A stretch of DNA of 62,018 bases, counting the filler. It is 7 parts of 7 records of this genome, joined end to end, with 100 filler letters (N's around TTAATTAATTAA, not from the genome) between each part and the next. Parts side by side here need not be neighbours in the genome. Positions count along the whole stretch, not along the records: positions 6,816 to 16,417 come from SRR7504441_9060; positions 16,518 to 21,056 come from SRR7504441_9061; positions 21,157 to 25,061 come from SRR7504441_9062; 4 more parts are not named here. One strand, 5' to 3'. A program made the position numbers and the translations under genes. The notes beneath the pieces were generated by a model that saw only the letters and a list, made by a program, of their open reading frames with translations, was not told where the DNA came from and ran no database searches. This document shows, one piece after another, positions 9,732 to 21,237 of the stretch (positions within the stretch are counted from its first letter, which is position 1; each line of letters starts with the position of its first letter).

Positions 9732-10686
9732 ATGGCGGGGGCTGGGATGGGTGCCAAGGTGCGCCAACAGCCTGGCCGCACGCCGTAACCCTGTCGGGCC
9801 AGATGTTTGGCACCGGCATCCAGAGCCTGGGCGCCGATGACGGCCAAATATGGAACGAATGCCTCGCGCGGGAGGCCAGGCGCCGCCCAGGGCTCTCGCC
9901 CAGCCGGCGAGCGGCGGGGCAGCTCGCAGATGAAGTTCTTTATATCCCAGGGGGTCGACTTCAAAGTCAAGCCCTTCCCCAAGCGCACAGGGTCTGGGTT
10001 CAATCTGGCCGACTGCGCCGCGATCCTACCCCAGTATCACTCCTCTCCGACTAAGATCCCACCGCAGGCAGCCTGCCCGTCGGGGGGGCGCGCCGATGGC
10101 CGGTCAGATCCGGGACCCGAGTTACATCGTGCCCAACGACCCTCGGCTCCGTCCCAAGATCTATAATAGCACCAGGGCCCCGTAAGCCGAGCCGGCGCCG
10201 GCGGCCTGCAGCCGGCGGTCAGGGCTACGTTCGTGCAAGGAGTCGAGACGTCGGCCAGCAGGGTGCCGTCCAAGCCGCTATACATTCCGGGACTCAACAA
10301 AGGCTTTGGAGGTTGCACGCAGTGCATAACGCAGTGACTAACAGCACTTTGAGCAGGCCAGAAGGCACTAGCTCCGGAGGACCAGGCCCGGCTGCAGAAT
10401 TATCCGCCGCCGTTCCCGACCGCTCAGAAATCTCAGGCCACTCCCGGCACCCGGCTGCCGGGCAGCTCCACTTTTGGATTTGGATACAACTTTGATCTTG
10501 CCAAGAAATGCTCGGAATACGGTGCTGGCCCCACCACAGTTTGGGCCGAGTGCGCCGGCAGGAGTGGCCCCTTACGAGAGGAGCTACCGGCCCAACCCGA
10601 TGACTGGCGAGATCTCGTTGTTCGGCAAGCCGATGGAGAGCCCGAGGCCGGCAGAGATCCCGAGAAAGAAGCTCGGCAGATTCTGA
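9732..10686 (+). CDS. Hypothetical multi-exon protein
   Basis: Exons MAGAGMGAK|MFGTGIQSLGADDGQIWNECLAREA|SSQMKFFISQG... linked by short GT/GC-AG introns; the last exon ends KKLGRF* before an AT-rich spacer; internal exon structure only partly resolved. Confidence 0.5.
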
Positions 10687-10952
10687 TTCGCGCTGACGCC
10701 AGGCGCCTTTTGAAAATTAGCATCGTCGCATGTGATGCACACGCACATGTATCGATACATATAAAATTAATGAACTTGAGGAATCAAACTCGATACAGCT
10801 CGATACAGCTCATGTACAGATTTCCATCTATGTATTTTAATACGATATATATTATATTTAGTATTTCGATTATCTCAGCGCTCTTGTAGCGCACAGTTAT
10901 GCACATGGCCGTAGGTCGTGGTCGTACGTAAGGAGCCCGGGCTGCCTCTCTA

Positions 10953-12827
10953 TTACTGCAGGAAGCGACGCCCCCAGTCGGTCTGCCTCTTTTGGTCAAC
11001 CAATTTGCCTTGGTAGTTGATTCGCTTGCCAAAGTCGACAATGGACATCCCAGTTTCCGGCGGTGCGTTCATATGAGCCGGAATCGACTTTCCGGTGAGT
11101 GTGTTTGCCGATTGTGGCCGCTCAATCACAAACTGCCCTCCAGTGTATGGCACCGCCTGAAATACAGACTGTGACATTAATGGCGCTGCTACCACCCTGC
11201 TGGTAGCAATCGGTGGTTTGGCCATTCTTTTCTCGGCTTCTTTGGCTGCTTCTCTGGCTGCACGTTCTCTGGCAGTCCGTTCTCTCCTCTTTGCTTCTCT
11301 AACTGCACGTTCTTGCAACTCCCGAGCGTCGTCGACCTTCTTCTTCGCCTCTTTGGCCGCTCGAAGGTTCGCTGCTGCCACCATTCGCTCCATGGACACC
11401 CGCTGAGCCTGATGGAAGGCCATCTGCCGGGCCTGGCACTGGGCATCCCCGAAGGCCGGATCGTCAGGCCCACCCATTCCGGATCTGGCAGCGCGCACAG
11501 CTCTGAAATCTTCGAGCGCCTTGTTCTTGGCTGCTTCAAGAGCCTCATTCGCCGCTCTAGCCGCATCCCCGAGCTGTATCAGCGAGGCGTTGCCCATGAA
11601 CGGGCCGTCTGCGGATTCGTCTCCAGCCCTGGCTGCTGCTCCCAATTCTGCCAAGCGTTGCCCATGAACGGACGTGCAAGTGAGTCCTTGGGTAGCGGCG
11701 GTTGCGGCTGCGTTGGCGGCCCGGGCGGCTGCTCCGAGCTCCCAAAGCGTCTGGGCCGGGCTCGGGGTGGGGTCGACTGAGATCTTCCTTGGCCTCCCTC
11801 TCCTGCCCACCGAATATTCCTCCTTGGTCACCTTGGAAACCGGATGAGCTGGCGTTCCCTGCACGATCCCAGATTGGAAACAAGAATCGCGTGGGCCAAG
11901 ATCGGTCGGTGCCGAAAACCCGGCCAGCTTGGCGCTCATCTCCATCCGAAGCTCCTCCTCCTCCTCGTCCTCGTCGTCCTCGTCGTCGCTCATCATGTGA
12001 TCTTGTTCATCCACTTGCCAGTTCTGTTGGTCGTTTCGGTCTTGCTCGTGCCCTCGGGTCCCACCTTCAAGACTCATCTGATGGCCTTGCGGGTCCGCCG
12101 CGAAGTTGGCCGCTCTCAGATCACGGATAGCCCGCTCGATCGCCGGATCGTATCGCATCGGTATGATACCACCCATCACAGGGTTCCCCTCCATTTGGCC
12201 GGGCAGATCGGTGCGCTGAGGCTCCGCCACGGAGGCGCCGGCCGACCACTTATCGTTGGGCACGTCGAGTCCCTGGAAGGTGCTTTGGCCGGGCCTGGAG
12301 TTTTGGCCGCCTGGGAGAGTTAAGAAAGGGCGGGGGGGTTCGGTAGGCCCCCACAGGTCCTGGCCTTGATACCGCTCGCAGTCAGGATGAAGCTTGAGAT
12401 AAGCCGGCAAGTTGCACTCGGACGGGGCCGCGTTCCCGCACACCTTGCGCTGGGCTTTCCGGTCCCAAAGCGGGACCCGCCGCCGGTTCAGGGGGACTTG
12501 CTCTTGAGCGGCTCGTTCGAGTTCGGCAAGCATCAGCTCGCCGGTGGGGTCGCCTTCAAGCTTGTCCGGAAGAGCGTCCTGCGAGATTCCAAACCGTTGG
12601 CACAGCTTGGCTTTCTTGGCCTGGACCGATGCGACCCGCCGAGCTGGCCAGCGCTTGATCCCGCACTCGCGGCAGGCGCGCTTGAAGACGGTGATGCCCA
12701 CTCCGAAACGGCGGGCGGCCTCCTTGAGCGGCAGATGAAAGTGGTCCTCCAATACCTTCCGGTTCACTCGGCGGCCGACTCCAATCATGTTCAGCCCCTC
12801 TGGGGCGCGGCGCGGATGGAAGCCCAT
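10953..12827 (-). CDS. RWP-RK transcription factor with BRK-like domain and AT-hook
   Basis: LEDHFHLPLKEAARRFGVGITVFKRACRECGIKRWPARR; RRVPLWDRKAQRKVCGNAAPSECNLPAYLKLHPDCERYQGQD; RRGRPRK; coiled coil. Confidence 0.9.
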   Translation of the reverse strand: MGFHPRRAPEGLNMIGVGRRVNRKVLEDHFHLPLKEAARRFGVGITVFKRACRECGIKRWPARRVASVQAKKAKLCQRFGISQDALPDKLEGDPTGELMLAELERAAQEQVPLNRRRVPLWDRKAQRKVCGNAAPSECNLPAYLKLHPDCERYQGQDLWGPTEPPRPFLTLPGGQNSRPGQSTFQGLDVPNDKWSAGASVAEPQRTDLPGQMEGNPVMGGIIPMRYDPAIERAIRDLRAANFAADPQGHQMSLEGGTRGHEQDRNDQQNWQVDEQDHMMSDDEDDEDEEEEELRMEMSAKLAGFSAPTDLGPRDSCFQSGIVQGTPAHPVSKVTKEEYSVGRRGRPRKISVDPTPSPAQTLWELGAAARAANAAATAATQGLTCTSVHGQRLAELGAAARAGDESADGPFMGNASLIQLGDAARAANEALEAAKNKALEDFRAVRAARSGMGGPDDPAFGDAQCQARQMAFHQAQRVSMERMVAAANLRAAKEAKKKVDDARELQERAVREAKRRERTARERAAREAAKEAEKRMAKPPIATSRVVAAPLMSQSVFQAVPYTGGQFVIERPQSANTLTGKSIPAHMNAPPETGMSIVDFGKRINYQGKLVDQKRQTDWGRRFLQ

Positions 12828-13052
12828 GGCAATTGGCGACTCTAGCGCTCGACCCCTCAATCAAAGAGACACCCCCCCTTTGCGGGGTAGCAAACAGGCA
12901 GACGACTTGCAGACTTTCTGCAAGCTCAACGTCACCCCTCGCACCAACGGAATCGAGGCATCACTCTGTGTGCAGCCGATCGAGCGCCTCCTTGTGCAGC
13001 GCCTGGACCGCCTTCGGCCTATCTCGCTACCCGACCTCGGCACTGTCAGCCA

Positions 13053-13916
13053 ATGGGCGCACCCGGCGCCCTGAGCAGGACCTTCCTGTGGAGCTACCAC
13101 CGGAGCCTCTCGCACGCGCTGGCCCGGTCGGTGCTGCAGCTGCCGTCGGTCCGGGTGCTGCACGAGGTCTATCTGGCAGCGGTGGTCTTCGGGAGCGACA
13201 GGCAGGAGGCCACCTACGCTGGCTTCGGCCCTGTCCGGCCCTGCTCTTCTTTCACGGCCATCCGGGACAAGCTGGCAGCCTGGGACGGCGAAGCGTCTGC
13301 TGATGGGCCGCGTGGCCGGGTCGACCGGCGGCATCTGTTCGCCAAGTGCTCCCCGCTGTATCAACTGGACCAGGACCTGGCGCTAACACTCCCGCGAGCT
13401 CGAGCCCCCCGGTACCGGCACGCTTTCCTGATCCGGCGGCCCGATAAGGTGGCGCTGTCCTTGTGCGAGCTGGCCGAGCAGGCGGGCGGCAGCGGGGCGG
13501 ATTATGAGAACGCTTGCTCGCTGCTGGCGTGCGACCTGGCTGAGACGCACCGGCTCTACAAGCATGTCACGGCTGGTGACGAGCCCACAGTCGTGATCGA
13601 CGCTGACGACCTGCTGGCCGATGCTTCGCGGGTTGTGTCTGGGCTCTGCGGTGCAGTCGGCCTCCCCTTTGAGCCAGCCATGCTCAGCTGGCCGGCCGGC
13701 CCTGTCGAGGGTTGGCTACCGCACGGCACAGCAGGCTGGGAGCGAGGTCCGTTCGCTGGCGTGTTTCGGAGCACAGGGTTCGTACAGCCAGCGGAGCAGG
13801 TAACCGTCAAAGACAACTTGCGCAAGCTTCCGGCAGAGATGCGCTCGGTGGTGCAGCAGGAGTTTCACCTTTACTCAGAGTTGTACGAGGCCCGGAGCAT
13901 CTTTGAGCCGCCGTGA
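13053..13916 (+). CDS. Sulfotransferase-like (P-loop fold) protein
   Basis: FLWSYHRSLS, VLHE, HAFLIRRP, VVIDADDLL..LCGAVGLPFEPAMLSW, STGF, typical of the BCAT-associated sulfotransferase-like family. Confidence 0.75.
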   Translation: MGAPGALSRTFLWSYHRSLSHALARSVLQLPSVRVLHEVYLAAVVFGSDRQEATYAGFGPVRPCSSFTAIRDKLAAWDGEASADGPRGRVDRRHLFAKCSPLYQLDQDLALTLPRARAPRYRHAFLIRRPDKVALSLCELAEQAGGSGADYENACSLLACDLAETHRLYKHVTAGDEPTVVIDADDLLADASRVVSGLCGAVGLPFEPAMLSWPAGPVEGWLPHGTAGWERGPFAGVFRSTGFVQPAEQVTVKDNLRKLPAEMRSVVQQEFHLYSELYEARSIFEPP

Positions 13917-14405
13917 CTCCGTGTTGTAGAACAGACCAAGTCAGAGACTTTTACCGCAGCGCACCGGACCTCTGCCACGGTCTTGCAGGATCTACATGCG
14001 TGCACAGACAGCCGCCCAGGCACCGTCCGGTGCAGACTGCTTCGTTAAATGTCAGTCAGATGTGCCGCAGCGCTGAGGACACGGATCCCAGCAGCAGTCC
14101 AGTGAGAGCGCCTATCCACGACCTTCGCCAATCCGGAGTACTAGGGCTGATTGCTCTACCGAGACTGTACTCGTGTACCTACTACCACCTATCAAGCTGT
14201 ATATAAGCTGTACGCACTCTACGTTTTGAGTTCTGGGATGGTGCAAGTAAATTGTAAGTTTGTAACTAAATGATAATTGAGCGAATAGTAAGCGAATCTG
14301 AAGCGAATAGCACATCATTACATGTACACATTTATTTTTCATTGGAGCCCTCGCCAAACTAATACGCTACTGAATACTAAGCTTACTACGTACTGGTACA
14401 CAATT

Positions 14406-15673
14406 TCAGTTGCTTGTGATCGGCTTGCTGTCAAGCGGGCATGAGTCGCGCCGCGTCAGTAACCACCGATCTGACATTCGCCCCACGATCAGCCCGCACC
14501 CTGGCCCGGCGCGCTGACCTATGCAGTCACTGTGGAACTCATGTCCACACGGCAACCTCCTCACCTGTCCGACACTCGCCAGCTGCCCGACCCGCGGCCG
14601 ACCTCGTCCCCCTCGTCGCAGCTCCCCTGGCACACCGCGCACAGCTCCGGCTCGCCATTCACCGGCCCGACCCGTCGGAGCTGGGTCCGAGCCTCAAGAG
14701 TCGCCCGCGAGACCACTCTGCCTTGCGGCGGCTGGGTTAGCTCATGGCTCTGCATCGACTCCTGAATAACCTGCGCCAGCTCCTGCTGCTCCACCCGCCG
14801 CTCCCGGCGAGCTGCCGCCTGTAGGAGAACGTCAGTTATCCCCCGCTTGAGAGAGGACAAGTCGCGCCTCATCTTACCCAGCTGGCTGTCTCGGAGGGCG
14901 CCATCGGCAAGCCCCTGCAGCCGGGCCAGCCGATCTGACGCCTGCGCTTGCAGCTGCTGGGCATGGTATCTGCGCATCGGCGCCTCCGAGCTGCAAGCGC
15001 CCTCGTCTCGTCTGGACAATCCCGCAGCTGGCTGGTGTTCGGGCTCAGAGGCTCGCGATTGCTCGACTTGCCCGATCAGTTGCTCAACTTCGCCGATCAT
15101 CCGAGCCGCCGCCTTCTGCTCCACCTGATCAATCATCGAGTCCATCGCCCGCAGCAGCCGCGAGGCCTCGATCAGTTTGACTTCGGCCAAGCGCGGCTGC
15201 TCCTCGGTTTCCACCGGCGGCTTCTCCTCCAGTCGGTGCGGGCCTCGCCCGCGGTGGTCAGCTGGGTCGCTGAGTCTCTCAGCCGCGTTTGGCGCCGCAG
15301 GGCCCACAGCCGCCAACGGAGCGTCTAACGCTGCCTCTTCTGGTTCGAGGACGGCATCCTCCGGGAAAAGCTCCCGGCGCACCTGCCGCGACGCCTGCCT
15401 CGGGGCGCCGCCGAGGGCACGATCCATCGCCTGCCGCGCCGCCAGGACCGCGTCGCTCCACCTGGGGGCGCTGTCGGGCATTCGTTGCTCTTCGAGCCCG
15501 AAGATCCTAGCCCGCCACACCCGGCCTTGCGCCGCGGCCACTGAACGGCGCGAGAGTTGGCGCGGGCTGGCGGCGGGCTGGCGGTCGGTCCGGTCCGGGC
15601 CGGGCACCGGGCTTGGGCCGAGCAGTCGATTCATGGCCGACTGGGCCGCGGCGACGGCCGACGACGAGCTCAT
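14406..15673 (-). CDS. RING-H2 E3 ubiquitin ligase
   Basis: Spliced C-terminus CAVCQGSCDEGDE|VRRLPCGHEFHSDCI|DRWLLTRRDSCPLD (last ligand is Asp); coiled-coil middle region. Confidence 0.85.
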
Positions 15674-15736
15674 GCCGCGCCGATCGCGTACCGGTAACTT
15701 CCACCAGTTCAATAAACCGACGGAGCTGACGGTGTG

Positions 15737-16417
15737 ATGAATGAGGGCGGCGAGGCGGCGGCGGCGGCTGGAGAGGAGGAGGAGGAGGAGGGCCACCTGC
15801 TGGCGGGGCTGCTGCGCGCGCTGAGGGCGCTGGCCCGGCCCCGAATGGCCCGGGCCGGACTGGGACGGCTGGCCAATCACGGCAGCAACGCCCTGGACGG
15901 CTACCAGCTGCTGAAGGCCCGGGCGGAGCAACAGCCCAACAACCGGCGCAGCCGTGTGGCTGCGGTGCTCAGCCGAGAGCGAAGCGCTGGCGGGCGGCTG
16001 GGGGTGCTCAGACACCTTGGGTATCCGCTGCTGCTCAACACCGCGCTGGGAGCGGCCATGTTCGACGTTTATGACGCGGCAGCTACCAGGCTGCCGCTCG
16101 ACGGCGGAAGCCCCGGGAGTGAGGGGCTTCGGGGGCTGTGCGGCGGTGCGCGCCGGGCCGGGCATCCCAGGGAGCGGGTGGGCAGGTGTGTGTGCCGGTG
16201 GCTTCTTCGGAGGCTCAACTGCGCTGTGCACCGCAGTGCTCGAAGGAGCGCTCGACCGGCGGCCGCCCGACCGCCGGGCCACACTGGCTCTGACGGCCCG
16301 GGCGGCGGCAACCGAAGCGCCTAGCTGTGCGCTCTGGCTGGGATCATACTTTTACCTCAAGGTAGCCTTGCAGCTGGTGGCTGTTGATGCGGGGCGTAGG
16401 GGCACCTACTGAGGGTG
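15737..16417 (+). CDS. Membrane protein, possibly a divergent mitochondrial carrier (3' truncated)
   Basis: Helices LNTALGAAMFDVYD, WAGVCAGGFFGG and APSCALWLGSYFYLK resemble SLC25 helices; the signature motif is degenerate. Confidence 0.4.
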
Positions 16418-16517
16418 NNNNNNNNNNNNNNNNNNNNNNNNNNNNNNNNNNNNNNNNNNNNTTAATTAATTAANNNNNNNNNNNNNNNNNNNNNNNNNNN
16501 NNNNNNNNNNNNNNNNN
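16418..16517. other. Artificial contig spacer
   Basis: N44-TTAATTAATTAA-N44. Confidence 0.98.
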
Positions 16518-19500
16518 GCCGGCCGGAGATCGAGGACTCCGACTACAACTCTCACACACATTAATTACCCTTACCTGGTGCTTGAACAAATTACTATCCA
16601 TTAGCTTTTGGCCGGATTCCCAACTCGTGCCTGCTCCGCCTATGTTCCACCTGCCTGCCAGCCCGTTGCGTGCGACTGCTCCGACTGTCCTTCAACCTTG
16701 AAAATCCAGTCATCAAACCACCGTCGATTCATATTGCTCACCAGCCAACCGGTACATGATCTAGCTCCTCTGGCCTTTGTTCCCTGCCGCTCACCTAGCA
16801 AGCGCTTGGTGCCCATCAATCAGGTGAACTGCTCACCAGGCCTTTGATCGCAATGTCAAGCCGACTCAGTGACTTGCGGCGCGACCGGTTTTTGTGTCTT
16901 CCCGCCGCTTTTTCTGTGCTTTGGAGCCTCATGGAGGCCTCTGCAAGCTGCTCCTTCAATACACCTACACCAGTGAGACTTAAATCCTGGTTAATCAATC
17001 CATGTGCACTGCAGCTGCGCTCCAGCTCGACCAGCCGCTGGTTGGCCGGGCCATTGGCGACCTTCTGCTCCGCTGCCTCGAGTTGCTTTTTTAATTGGGA
17101 GTTAAGCAGTTCCAGTGCCTCACTGGAGCTCGCTGCCCGCATATATCATACTCGTACTACCTCTTAATGCTCAAATTTCATGCAAGCACCTGACATCACC
17201 TGTTTTTCCCACTCCATCGCCACGCTTGCGATTGCCTGACGAGCATCACACTCCTAATCTGGTCATCGTCAGTTGACCTGCGCTAGCCGGGTTTCCAGCT
17301 CGCTCAGATGCTCTTTCAGCTCGCTTTCGCGCCTCTCTGCCGCTTCCAGCTTCGCCTACGCGCCGCTTAATCCCAACCGGACCGCCATTGCAATTAGGTC
17401 TGAATCTAGGGGCTCAGGCACTTTGAACCATACTAAAATTTGCCTGTAAACTCTTAATAATTATTAAATCGTTAATTCCATCAAGAAACCTGATCGCCCA
17501 AGCACCCCATGGACCACCGCGCCACCGCCAACCTCACCACTGCTTCCTCACCTGAAGGTAACAAGTATCAGTCCATCAAGTTGGTTGTCACAAGTACCAA
17601 ACGCCAGCCAGTCTTTTGCGATCAGCTTACTAGCTGCAAACCTGTTAAACACACCATTCCCTGTTGAGCAGCGCTGTAAATAACCTCTGTTCCCACTGGA
17701 GTAAATTGCGTTGACATGTTCGAATATGCGGCAGACAAACACCTGCTCGAGCCTACGACAATCTACTGAGTAGAGTGGTCCCACTGCAATCAAACGAATC
17801 ACCGGATGTGGCTCTTCTGAAGCCCAAAGCAGCTCTTGTGCATTGTTTAAATCCCTATCAGTTGAGCCTCGCCACGCTTGTACTGAACCCAGCGCCTTGG
17901 TGCATGCCGTCGCCATCCCTGCCATCACTTGATTCAAGCCATATTGTGGACTACCTTTGTGTGCCCGCCGCTCGTTCCGCCATGCATGCATAATTAGACC
18001 GCCCACCCCCCGCCTGACCCCGCTAAACCAATCAAGATGTGTTACATGCACCGCCCGAGCTCCTGCCGCCGCTGCAAGCCAGCAGCCGCCTCCTGTGAAC
18101 CCACTACCTGAGCCAACCCCGTGAACCCACTACCTGAGTCGTCGTCAGAATAGTCAGCCTTGCGTTCAACTCGCTAATTGAGACCTACACACCCTGAGCC
18201 CCAAACTGTACCATATCCAGACCTTCTGGCTTGTCACACAGCCCTCAGCACGCGCCAGCCGCTGTCTCAACCCAGCCTGGTAATAAGTATGTCTCATAGG
18301 TACTAGTAGACATAAATCACCGCCTCGGCTTCACCTGCTGAAAGCCTCTTCACAAAGTCTCTTCTTTCCGTCTCTCGCTCTTGCTTGTGCTGCTCAATCG
18401 CTCGGCTCCTCTCGGTTTCCACCTCGCCCTAATTTAGTAACTGGAGTGGGCCTACACCACCTGCTGGATTGCTGCACGCTTGTCCTTGACCTGTTCAGCC
18501 AGCCGTTGGATGTCTGCCCGAGCCAACCCGAGCTCGGCCCGCAGCCCTGCCTAAACAACCACTACTGAATGCTTGTCCAATCCGGCGCCAAGACCAGCTG
18601 CTGTTCGGAATCTGGCGCAGTCCGCAGGAACTTGCCGCGAGCTGCGGCGTCCGATAGGTCTGCGAGGCTTTTACACCGCCATTGATACATACAGCGCATC
18701 TTGCATACCTATCCCCGTATTATGATTAGAATTTGGTCCAAAAGTCTCCTACCAGCGCGTGGAGCCGCCCCACGGTGTTGGGGGTCCCCAAGCAACGGCC
18801 ACTCCTCAGCAACAGCAGCTCAACGCGTTCTACTCGCTGCCACCACCACTCGACACTGGTTTCATTCGAGAAAATCAATCAATTAATGCAGCCGGCAACC
18901 TGTCCTGGGGCTGCAGCATCGATACACTTCAAAACAGACTCGGCCCACCTGCCTCAATTTATCAGTTCAAATGAAACCTGTGTTGGATCGCACATCCGAT
19001 TGCGACCTTCGAACACCCCCAGCTCGGACTCCAGCGCCGCCACCTGGGCCACAATATCAGTCAGACCGAGGGGACTCGTGACCTTGAGTTTGAGGACCGC
19101 ATCGGCCTTCTGCATCGTGCTGACTTGTTCCACCACCTGGACCGAATTACATTAATGCCATCCGCACTTGAATGCCGTCACCTCGCCCTCCAACGCACTC
19201 ACCAGCCGGCGGAGAGCCTGATTGACACTCTGAGCAATCTTAACACTGAATAAATTGCCTGCTCCGGCGGCTCTTGAACAGACTCCGAGGGAATTTTGGC
19301 CGCTTGCTCTTCAGCAAAGACCAGTGTTTCACCCAGGAGTGCTAGCTGAGCCTCAAGATGACGCATGCGCCCGTGAAGGTCTTGCCCGAGGTCGATCGTG
19401 GGCTGCTGCTCGCACGCCTATAAATAATCTCACACAAAATTGGGCTAAGAAAATCCTGGGCAAGATGGGCCAACTGCGCGGCCAGCTTGACCTCACGGTC

Positions 19501-20880
19501 AGTTGCTGGGCCGTTACTCGAGTATTTCGCCAGGGTCTGAGCCACCTGCAGGCATTCATTTTGCGAATCACGTGCTGACCTGCGCCGCCAGTGTCTCCAC
19601 CACCACCAAGCCGCGCTGCTGCAACCCGCCCACCTGTGCGCCCACCGAATCAACCAGTGCTCAACCTTGATCGAATAAATGGGTTCAACCTCCTGCCGCA
19701 GCATATGTCCCTCCTGCCTCTCCCGAACTAGCTCAGCACGCAGCTCGACCGACACCTGGCTTAACACTGGATTAATTGCCACTCAAAACCCACGCGCTCG
19801 GCCTCAGCCTCAGTCTCAGCCAGCGCCCACGCGATCCTACCGACACAACAAAGCATTCCTCATCTCATGAATATTCCAGACTCACCGACGGTGGCTCTCT
19901 CGCTCCTTGTTCAACTGCATCTGCGAGATCGCTGCCTGCACCCAGAGATTCCGCTAGACAGCAACAGACACCTACCTGCGCCCGAGCCAACTGCTGTCGG
20001 GATCGTGCCCTAGCACACATCCGGAGCGCCAGCCTATGTTTCCTTACAAACACCGGCGCCCGCTGAGTCAGGCTCGCCAAAATTCGTTCGCGCGCCTCCC
20101 GGCTGCACTGGGTTATTTGATACAGGTAAAGGGTGCACCGCTCGGGCTGGTCCTGGGAGGCTCGGCAGGCGGCCTCGGAGAAGGCCCAGTGCCGGAGCAG
20201 CCCCATGAGCCCGCGGTTCAGTTGCCGGAGCCGCTTGTGGCTCAGCTCCCGGCGAACCTAACGCCATTCCATCAGAACCTAACTTAGCACGCTGTTGGGT
20301 GCTCGCCTGCTGAAAGCTGGGCAGCAGCGTACTCCGAGCCAGCCTGGGTGGACATGGCTCAGGGTTGTCCGCCTGGCCGCCACAGTCAGCGCGCCCGCTC
20401 AACTGTTCGCACTGGGCACGCCACGTGCTCCTCCTCCACCGGACTGTCCTCCTCCTCCGTTGGGCGCCCCACCGCCGCGAGCATTGCCAGCAGCGCCTGA
20501 TCCTGCCGCATCACCTGTGTTCCGACCGGTAATGACGCCACAATTCTCATAGCAGCGGACACCTCCCGCTCGAGCTGCGAGTTGCGGGCCGACAGCGTGA
20601 GGTTCTCTGCCCGATTCTCGGCCGGCGCCAGGGTAGTGAATACTAAATATATTCGGTGCGGGTCGCCGGCTAGTGGCCGTTGCATTGCACCAGGCGGGCG
20701 GGGGAGGCTGTGGACAGGGAGGGAACCTTGCAGCGCGAACTCGGCCTGCTCGAATGCGGCTTCGGCGGCCGATAGGGTGCTGACCGCCTGCAGCCAGTGA
20801 GTGGGGATAAGATAAGAATCAACCTGGCCGATCCTTCGGTGCAGTGACCGACTCGGGAAGCTGTCGTCCGACCCGCTCAT
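16518..20880 (-). CDS. Large multi-exon coiled-coil protein (3' truncated)
   Basis: Successive minus-strand heptad-rich exons (e.g. LELLNSQLKKQLEAAEQKV, VELRAELVRERQEGHMLRQE) separated by many short introns; start MSGSDDSF. Confidence 0.65.
18095..18138. repeat. 18-bp direct repeat (period 26) overlapping an intron
   Basis: gtgaacccactacctgag at 18095-18112 and 18121-18138. Confidence 0.9.
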
Positions 20881-20951
20881 CACTGGACCGAACGATCAAC
20901 CACAGTGGACATCTGCTACGAACCGACAGATATTTTTTTGCTGAATCACAA

Positions 20952-21023
20952 GTACCTGGTACAGGTACTCGTACCGGTCAATACCTGGTACAGGTACATA
21001 CAGTACTACGATGTACAAAGTAC
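20952..21023. repeat. GTAC-rich cluster
   Basis: Nine GTAC in 72 nt; tacctggtacaggtac occurs twice. Confidence 0.85.
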
Positions 21024-21056
21024 TGGGGGGGTCTTAATTCTAAGGGCGAAATAAAT

Positions 21057-21156
21057 NNNNNNNNNNNNNNNNNNNNNNNNNNNNNNNNNNNNNNNNNNNN
21101 TTAATTAATTAANNNNNNNNNNNNNNNNNNNNNNNNNNNNNNNNNNNNNNNNNNNN
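21057..21156. other. Artificial contig spacer
   Basis: N44-TTAATTAATTAA-N44. Confidence 0.98.
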
Positions 21157-21237
21157 TCAGATGCCACTGGTATCACCATGAGCTACTTGAAATATCAAAT
21201 ACAAGTAATTAGTTATGCGAGGAGAATGGGCTGCCTT

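Noticed and set aside
17548-18051. 167-aa ORF as an independent nested gene
   Set aside because: It appears to be exons and introns of the coiled-coil gene read through by chance
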